DNA from: Elusimicrobiota bacterium | GTDB taxonomy: Bacteria > Elusimicrobiota > Elusimicrobia > Elusimicrobiales > UBA9959 | Reading direction: 5' to 3' | Assembly (NCBI GenBank): GCA_012517285.1 | Contig: JAAYVG010000023.1 | Location: 16,925 to 80,924 of the forward strand | Length of the DNA: 64,000 bases | Shown here: one piece after another, positions 56,895 to 64,000 of the stretch | Layout: each line of letters starts with the position of its first letter | Numbering within the stretch: the first letter of the stretch is position 1 | Notes under the pieces: generated by a model | What the model saw: only the letters and a program-made list of their open reading frames with translations | Told to the model about the DNA's origin: nothing | Databases searched by the model: none | Program-made: the position numbers and the translations under genes

Positions 56895-57699
56895 AATATC
56901 TTTTTGTGCAAAGACAGATAAGGGGCTTGTTCGTGATCACAATGAGGACAACTATATAATTGATGAGAGTATAAACTTTATGGCAATAGCTGATGGAATG
57001 GGAGGCCATAAAAATGGGGAACTGGCATCAAAAATTGCGATAGAAAAAGCGTATGGAATTATTAAAGATTTTATATCAAGCTCATCATCTTTTGAAAAGA
57101 CAAACAAGGATTATTCAATTTTAACCAACAAACTTTTATCAGCTTTTGATGTGGCGAACAATGAGATACTTGTCCAGTCAAAAAGTGATGAAAAGAATAA
57201 GGGTATGGGAACAACACTAACAGCTGTAATACTGAATGATATGATTCTTTCTCTTGTCCATATAGGCGATTCAAGGGCATATATAATCAGAGATTCTAAG
57301 ATAAAGCAAATATCTGATGACCACTCTTTTGTTATGGAGCAGTACAAGAAGGGAATTATAACTCTTGAAGAAGCGGAGAGATCACCATACAGAAATGTAC
57401 TGACAAGAGCACTTGGTGTTAAAGATGATGTGGAGTATTTTGTTTGTGAGGAAAAGATCAAAAAAGGTGATATAATACTTTTAGCCACTGATGGACTTAC
57501 AAAGATGGTAAAGGATGAAAAAATACTTGAAATAGTAAGCTCTTACTCTGATAACACTGAACTCATATGTTCAAACCTCATATTAGAAGCAAACAAAAAT
57601 GGTGGAGATGACAATATAACCGTTGCTGTGGCAAAGATCGATGGGGAAAAACTTTTGGCTAAGATTAAAAAAAGGATTAAAAAATGGATATTACATTAA
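56884..57699 (+). CDS. PP2C-family Ser/Thr phosphatase
   Basis: RDHNED, ADGMGGH, DGLT and GGDDNIT motifs. Confidence 0.88.
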   Translation: MNYKISFCAKTDKGLVRDHNEDNYIIDESINFMAIADGMGGHKNGELASKIAIEKAYGIIKDFISSSSSFEKTNKDYSILTNKLLSAFDVANNEILVQSKSDEKNKGMGTTLTAVILNDMILSLVHIGDSRAYIIRDSKIKQISDDHSFVMEQYKKGIITLEEAERSPYRNVLTRALGVKDDVEYFVCEEKIKKGDIILLATDGLTKMVKDEKILEIVSSYSDNTELICSNLILEANKNGGDDNITVAVAKIDGEKLLAKIKKRIKKWILH

Positions 57700-58295
57700 A
57701 CATAATTATAAAAAATTCAACAAAAATAGTGGGCGAGTATTTTTTTAAAAGTGATAGAATAACTATTGGAAGAAGCAAAACAAATGACATTGTTATCAAT
57801 GATCAAACAGTATCATCCAATCACTGTGTTATAAAAAAAGATGGCAGTGATTATTTCATAGAAGATCTTGACTCCACAAACGGGACTTTTGTAAACGGCG
57901 AAAAAATAAAAAAAGTGAGAATAAAAAATAATCAGATTTTAAAAATTGCCAGATGTTATGTCAGAATAATATTCTTGGATATGGACATAAGAAAAGCAGT
58001 TCTTAAAGTTATTGAAAATCCACTGGATGACAGAAAATCTTTCGATTTAAACAGATTGACAAAATTTATTGGCAGTTCAAAGTCTGATATACCTGTAAGA
58101 TCAAAAAATCAATTTACAATAATCTCGGACTATGCAGCCGCAGTTTCAATAAAAGATAACAAATACTATTTAATTCCTATAAATCCAGATTTGGTAAAAC
58201 ACAACTCTAATAACATAAAAAATGATATTGAATTAAATGATGACGATGAGATAAATGTAGGGATAACAAAATTTGTTTTTAAATTTGTTGAGTAA
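57684..58295 (+). CDS. FHA-domain protein (N-terminal canonical FHA plus a second divergent FHA-like half)
   Basis: The pattern GR....DI.I.D..VS..H..I......Y.IEDL.STNGT.VNG is present. Confidence 0.8.
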   Translation: MDITLNIIIKNSTKIVGEYFFKSDRITIGRSKTNDIVINDQTVSSNHCVIKKDGSDYFIEDLDSTNGTFVNGEKIKKVRIKNNQILKIARCYVRIIFLDMDIRKAVLKVIENPLDDRKSFDLNRLTKFIGSSKSDIPVRSKNQFTIISDYAAAVSIKDNKYYLIPINPDLVKHNSNNIKNDIELNDDDEINVGITKFVFKFVE

Positions 58296-58350
58296 ATTTT
58301 ATAAAATTATTTTTATTAAACTTAAAACAATAATCATAAAAAAATCATAA

Positions 58351-58430
58351 TTAGCAATCACAAATCAAGTCTGCTATTGACAAATAATTTAAAATTTTGT
58401 AAATTAGCAATTATAGGAATAAATTGCTAA
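58351..58430 (+). promoter_or_regulatory. groESL promoter with CIRCE-like operators. Promoter: TTGACA at 58377-58382, 17-nt spacer, TAAATT at 58400-58405. One operator is a perfect inverted repeat, TTAGCAATT-N9-AATTGCTAA (58404-58430). A degenerate copy lies at 58351-58377.
   Basis: Compared with the CIRCE consensus TTAGCACTC-N9-GAGTGCTAA, the outer 6 bp of each arm are conserved. The site overlaps the -10 box. Confidence 0.7.
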
Positions 58431-58447
58431 AAATAAAGGAGGAAGTT

Positions 58448-60389
<1,942 letters not shown>

Positions 60390-60423
60390 TAGTTATTAAA
60401 ATGGTGTTTAGTTAAAGTGAAGC

Positions 60424-60453
60424 GAGCCCCCTCTTAAAAGAGGGGGCTTTTTT
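60424..60453 (+). terminator. Rho-independent terminator of groESL
   Basis: GCCCCCTCT-TAAA-AGAGGGGGC followed by T6. Confidence 0.9.
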
Positions 60454-60582
60454 CTGTGTGAGATATATTCGAAGAAATGGAAATGATATTGAATACCCTG
60501 CCACCATAATCCCATGAGCAAAAACTATTATCCAGAATTTTAATGAATATTTCATAACTTAATTTTAGGATAGTTTTTCCAC

Positions 60583-60614
60583 TTGACATCACATTTTTTT
60601 TTTTTTTCTACAAT
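60583..60614 (+). promoter_or_regulatory. Promoter of the cassette array. TTGACA (60583-60588) and TACAAT (60609-60614) are separated by a 20-nt spacer that contains a T14 homopolymer (60594-60607).
   Basis: Read directly. SD AAGGAGG and the ATG at 60640 follow. Confidence 0.6.
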
Positions 60615-60639
60615 TTAATAAGATATAAAGGAGGAGAGA

Positions 60640-61461
60640 ATGATAGGGATATTTATGGGTATAATATTGTCAATATACAGCTCATCGTATGCTCAGAATA
60701 AAGATAATGTAATTAATTTGAATGATATTAATTCTGCATTCTCATTAAACTTAAATCAGATTCCAAAACCTGAATTTAAATTAGATAGAAATATTCAAGA
60801 ACTAAACTTTATATTTAACTGGAATGATTTTTATATGAGATATGGTTATGATTTTACATATGAGAATAAAACATTTATGTTAAAGGCAGGATTTTTAAGA
60901 GGAGATTTTGATGAATATACTATGACATATAAGTCAATACCATCAATTATAGTTATATATAAACAAGGAGAAAATCATACTACGGTATGGAATCCAATAA
61001 AAACTGGTGAAAGTATAAATTTTGAAAATAATATTTTGATAACATTTAATAGCAATATGTCTATCACTGTAAAGAATAAAAACAACAATCAACAGATTAT
61101 AAACATTAACTTCAGTGATATTTTAAACAAGTGGCTTGAATATGCTAATAATTATTGGTATTTAGTAAACAACAACAAATATTATTTTGTACCACAGGAG
61201 ATATGGGGAAGTGATGGATTTTTTCACCGAGGATATGTTGTAAGTGAAAACTCACCATTGTACTATACAACAAACCTGCCTCAGGATTATGTAGAGCTAT
61301 ATAAGTATAATTGTGCAACTAATCCATGCTCATACGAATATAAACCTGTATCATATTCAGTTCCTTTAAGGATAAAGTTTGTGCTTAAACAGGATAAGAG
61401 TGCATGGTTAGTTAAGGAGATGACTCCTGAAGAGGTGGCTGACGAGGCTGTTAACAGATAA
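60640..61461 (+). CDS. Cassette protein X1: 273-aa secreted Asn/Tyr-rich protein of unknown function ending in ..PEEVADEAVNR
   Basis: Strong SD and a short hydrophobic N-terminus ending SSSYAQ. The last ~11 codons belong to the junction repeat. Confidence 0.65.
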   Translation: MIGIFMGIILSIYSSSYAQNKDNVINLNDINSAFSLNLNQIPKPEFKLDRNIQELNFIFNWNDFYMRYGYDFTYENKTFMLKAGFLRGDFDEYTMTYKSIPSIIVIYKQGENHTTVWNPIKTGESINFENNILITFNSNMSITVKNKNNNQQIININFSDILNKWLEYANNYWYLVNNNKYYFVPQEIWGSDGFFHRGYVVSENSPLYYTTNLPQDYVELYKYNCATNPCSYEYKPVSYSVPLRIKFVLKQDKSAWLVKEMTPEEVADEAVNR

Positions 61462-61463
61462 AA

Positions 61464-61589
61464 ATGACAGAAAAAAAGAAAAAGATACTATTAAAGATAA
61501 CAGACTGGATACTCAATATTTTAATCATATATTATTTAGGAATAAATTTATTAATTGGTATCGTAGTTTTAATACTGATAATGAAATAA
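61464..61589 (+). CDS. Mini membrane protein A1 (41 aa): MTEKKKKILLKITDWILNILIIYYLGINLLIGIVVLILIMK
   Basis: Starts 2 nt after the X1 stop. It has a Lys-rich N-terminus and one TM helix. It is identical to A3 at protein level, with one synonymous SNP. Confidence 0.55.
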   Translation: MTEKKKKILLKITDWILNILIIYYLGINLLIGIVVLILIMK

Positions 61590-61598
61590 AAGCAGGCT

Positions 61599-61733
61599 AT
61601 GAATATTAAGAAAAAGTTTATAATAAAATTGATTGTATTAATAGCGATGTTTCTCATTTATCAGCTATGGACAGTTAAAATGATAAAAGAAATAAAAGAT
61701 TTTATGCGATCTTTAGAGAGTTTTCTAATATAG
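61599..61733 (+). CDS. Mini membrane protein B1 (44 aa): MNIKKKFIIKLIVLIAMFLIYQLWTVKMIKEIKDFMRSLESFLI
   Basis: Its N-terminal 35 aa are identical to B3 and about 60% identical to B2 despite DNA divergence. Confidence 0.55.
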   Translation: MNIKKKFIIKLIVLIAMFLIYQLWTVKMIKEIKDFMRSLESFLI

Positions 61734-61778
61734 GAATGATACTGAAGAGGTGGCTGACGAGGCTGTTAACAGATAAAA

Positions 61779-61916
61779 ATGACAGAAAAAAAGAAAAAGA
61801 TACTATTAAGGATAACAGACTGGATACTCAATATTTTAATCATATATTATTTAATAATGAATTTAGTAAGTGGTATTTTCGCTTTAATATGGGCAATCAA
61901 TGAAGGCAAATTATGA
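61779..61916 (+). CDS. Mini membrane protein A2 (45 aa), a diverged paralogue of A1/A3
   Basis: The first 25 aa match A1 apart from K11R. The tail diverges but stays hydrophobic. It is preceded by an orphan ..EEVADEAVNR-stop stub (61742-61776). Confidence 0.55.
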   Translation: MTEKKKKILLRITDWILNILIIYYLIMNLVSGIFALIWAINEGKL

Positions 61917-62101
61917 ATATTAGGAAAAAGTTTATTATAAAGATAATAGTTTTTTTGATAATGTTTACAGTTTACCAGTTATGGAGCATTAAAGTAATAG
62001 ATAAAATAAATGATATGATAGAATACGGTCGATGCCAGCCTTGGTGGATAATAGGAAATTTAAAATACTGTAATAAAAAACCATGGTGGCAATTTTGGTG
62101 A
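61913..62101 (+). CDS. Mini protein B2 (62 aa) with a conserved B-type N-terminus and a Trp/Cys-rich tail (EYGRCQPWWIIGNLKYCNKKPWWQFW)
   Basis: ATGA overlap with A2. ORF present in the supplied track. Confidence 0.6.
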   Translation: MNIRKKFIIKIIVFLIMFTVYQLWSIKVIDKINDMIEYGRCQPWWIIGNLKYCNKKPWWQFW

Positions 62102-62107
62102 TGTTAT

Positions 62108-63298
62108 ATGAAAAAAATATTTAATATGATGTTGTTTTTTTTGATTCTTATTTCACCCATAGATATATATGCAAACACAGAAAACGATTTAATTGATTTA
62201 TACAATAGTAGTTTTAACAATGACAATATTATAATTCCAACTCCAGATTTTTCGATTGATGATGATAAAAGTTCTATCCTTGTATATTTACTTGGGAGAT
62301 ACAAAAAATTAAATGAATCTGAGGAAAGCAAGATTTCCGTTTCATTGAACATACTAAGCCAGACAATAACTGGAAACATCCTATGCTCAAAATTAGGGGT
62401 TCAGGATTGTACACGAAGGGAATTAAGCAAGATAAATTTGGAATTTAGAAAAGGTGATTTGCTTTCTTCATTATTTGGAGAGCCAACATTTTATGCTTTT
62501 GTCCCACCACCATCTCAAGTTAACAAGAGAAAGATTATATGCATAGATGAGGGTTTTTTAGATACTTCAGATGTATCTGTCACTGCCCATTTTATTGCTC
62601 ATGAGATTTCACATGTATATGATAATAAAATATTTGGTGAATACTACCATTTTGAATTATATGAAGGGAAAATCAAGCCAAGAATGAATCAATTAAGAAT
62701 GCTATTTTCAGAGTATAAAGCTGTATTCATTCAAATGTCTATATATAATGAGCTTGTAACAAAAAAGTATATTAAACGCAACAGAAACGATGCAATAGAT
62801 TTTTTATTATCAATCTATAGATGGAAAGAAACAGGAAATATAAAAGAGATAAACCTTAACTTTACAAATAATGTCGGGAATAAAACATACACAGCAAAGG
62901 ATTATATGAACATATGTAAAAAAGTTAAGAATGGAAGAAGTTGTATATATGAATTAACAAAAATTTTTTGTGGTATAAACCTATCAAACATGAATCTATC
63001 CAATGATGAAGCTCAGAGAAATTATATCTATATAGATTTTGTGATCAAAAATGTAAAAGAATATGAAAGCAAATACAAAAATTTTTTTCCTCCAACACAG
63101 CCAATAGAACCAGAGAACAACAACACTGATAATAATGATAACAACCATCCACACCCACCGTCACCAATTCAGCCGGGACCAGTTCCTCAACCACCTGATT
63201 ACGATCCACCATGGGATGACCATAACGGAAACCCATCAACCCCGCCAATACACATGAGATATAAATCATTGATTGATTTCATTGAAGATAATATATAA
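62108..63298 (+). CDS. Cassette protein X3: 396-aa secreted protein with an HExxH motif (putative Zn metallopeptidase) and a Pro-rich C-terminal region
   Basis: Signal peptide MKKIFNMMLFFLILISPIDIYA. FIAHEISHVYD at 62600-62614. C-terminal region PPTQPIEPE..HPHPPSPIQPGPVPQPPDYDPPWDD. Confidence 0.65.
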   Translation: MKKIFNMMLFFLILISPIDIYANTENDLIDLYNSSFNNDNIIIPTPDFSIDDDKSSILVYLLGRYKKLNESEESKISVSLNILSQTITGNILCSKLGVQDCTRRELSKINLEFRKGDLLSSLFGEPTFYAFVPPPSQVNKRKIICIDEGFLDTSDVSVTAHFIAHEISHVYDNKIFGEYYHFELYEGKIKPRMNQLRMLFSEYKAVFIQMSIYNELVTKKYIKRNRNDAIDFLLSIYRWKETGNIKEINLNFTNNVGNKTYTAKDYMNICKKVKNGRSCIYELTKIFCGINLSNMNLSNDEAQRNYIYIDFVIKNVKEYESKYKNFFPPTQPIEPENNNTDNNDNNHPHPPSPIQPGPVPQPPDYDPPWDDHNGNPSTPPIHMRYKSLIDFIEDNI

Positions 63299-63367
63299 AA
63301 TTAGTTTAGAGAATAAAATGATCGACATAGTTATTCATCTGGCTGACGAGGCAGTTAACAGATAAAA

Positions 63368-63493
63368 ATGACAGAAAAAAAGAAAAAGATACTATTAAAG
63401 ATAACAGACTGGATACTCAATATTTTAATCATATATTATTTAGGAATAAATTTATTAATTGGTATCGTGGTTTTAATACTGATAATGAAATAA
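63368..63493 (+). CDS. Mini membrane protein A3 (41 aa), identical in protein sequence to A1
   Basis: Part of junction-repeat copy 3 (63340-63607), which differs from copy 1 at 2 of 268 nt. Confidence 0.55.
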   Translation: MTEKKKKILLKITDWILNILIIYYLGINLLIGIVVLILIMK

Positions 63494-63502
63494 AAGCAGG
63501 CT

Positions 63503-63661
63503 ATGAATATTAAGAAAAAGTTTATAATAAAATTGATTGTATTAATAGCGATGTTTCTCATTTATCAGCTATGGACAGTTAAAATGATAAAAGAAATAAA
63601 AGATTTTGCACAATCTTTAGAGCGTATACCCTATTCATTAGGTCCAGGTCAAAATAATTGA
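63503..63661 (+). CDS. Mini membrane protein B3 (52 aa): B-type N-terminus with a third, different tail (AQSLERIPYSLGPGQNN)
   Basis: Read directly. The downstream DNA retains a decayed homologue of the B2 tail. Confidence 0.5.
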   Translation: MNIKKKFIIKLIVLIAMFLIYQLWTVKMIKEIKDFAQSLERIPYSLGPGQNN

Positions 63662-63708
63662 GGATAGGTAACAAAAGATTATGGCGGAATTTCTGGAGAT
63701 AATCGCTT

Positions 63709-63798
63709 ATGAAAAAAATATTATTTTTCGTTGTGTTAGGTTTTATAGTTCAGGGAACTGGAGGAGCAGAAAATATATTATGGTATAGTAATATATAA
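63709..63798 (+). pseudogene. 29-codon signal-peptide stub (MKKILFFVVLGFIVQGTGGAENILWYSNI), probably a truncated fourth cassette protein
   Basis: Its start context, ATGAAAAAAATAT, is the same as that of X3. Confidence 0.4.
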
Positions 63799-63916
63799 AT
63801 AGGATCACTGAAAAAGCCTAACGGAGAATAAGGGCGATAATTCGGTTGGTGGATTTTTAAAACTTCATATGTAAAAATCAAAAAAATCTTAACTTCTTAC
63901 TTTTTCAGTCGCATCT

Positions 63917-63940
63917 CCTGCCTGCCGAAGCGGCTTCGCC
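63917..63940. repeat. Truncated copy of the CCTGCCTGCCGAAGCGGCTTCG palindrome (right arm degenerate)
   Basis: Read directly. Confidence 0.7.
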
Positions 63941-64000
63941 ATGCTGGTTGTATTAGATAATTCTCCTGTTTATAAAAGCAGTAAAAATTTGCTATAATAT

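Noticed and set aside
62104-62379. 91-aa minus-strand ORF, and the 74-aa minus ORF at 63045-63269
   Set aside because: Both are antisense to the X3 cassette gene, which has a signal peptide, an HExxH motif and an SD. Neither has a start context of its own.

Overview
This is an AT-rich bacterial chromosomal segment, roughly one-third GC by eye, read with the standard genetic code. Gene density is high and many adjacent genes overlap by 1-17 nt. LolA, MltG and candidate outer-membrane beta-barrel proteins suggest a diderm cell plan. I cannot assign a taxon from sequence alone.

Most of the window is housekeeping:
- thiF and thiE
- hisS, aspS, asnS and tyrS
- lipA, tRNA-Ala(CGC), mltG and thpR
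- a gmk / rpoZ-like / udg / priA-like block, and ppdK
- a peptide-use cluster of oligopeptidase B, OPT and POT transporters and two secreted S1 proteases
- cinA, and rpsO-pnp-accB-like-ftsK-lolA-pgsA-pgpA
- groES-groEL with a CIRCE-like operator

Four things stand out.
1. After the groEL terminator (about 60.5-63.8 kb) lies a tandem cassette array I do not recognise. Unrelated signal-peptide proteins alternate with a near-identical junction repeat. Each repeat carries a conserved C-terminal stub (..ADEAVNR-stop) followed by two mini membrane-protein ORFs, A and B. The B family has a conserved N-terminus and hypervariable tails. The array is driven by a promoter whose -35/-10 spacer contains a T14 tract.
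2. A genome-wide mosaic of short intergenic 'word' repeats, including a GC-rich palindrome (CCTGCCTGCCGAAGCGGCTTCGGCAGGCAGG) present 6 times, twice with nested hairpin inserts.
3. A priA homologue that keeps its Zn-finger and N-terminal domains but has lost every helicase/ATPase motif.
4. A tightly coupled REC-GGDDF / membrane Ser-Thr kinase / PP2C / FHA operon, preceded by a promoter and a C-rich terminator hairpin.

All functional calls come from motif recognition by eye. No database search was run.
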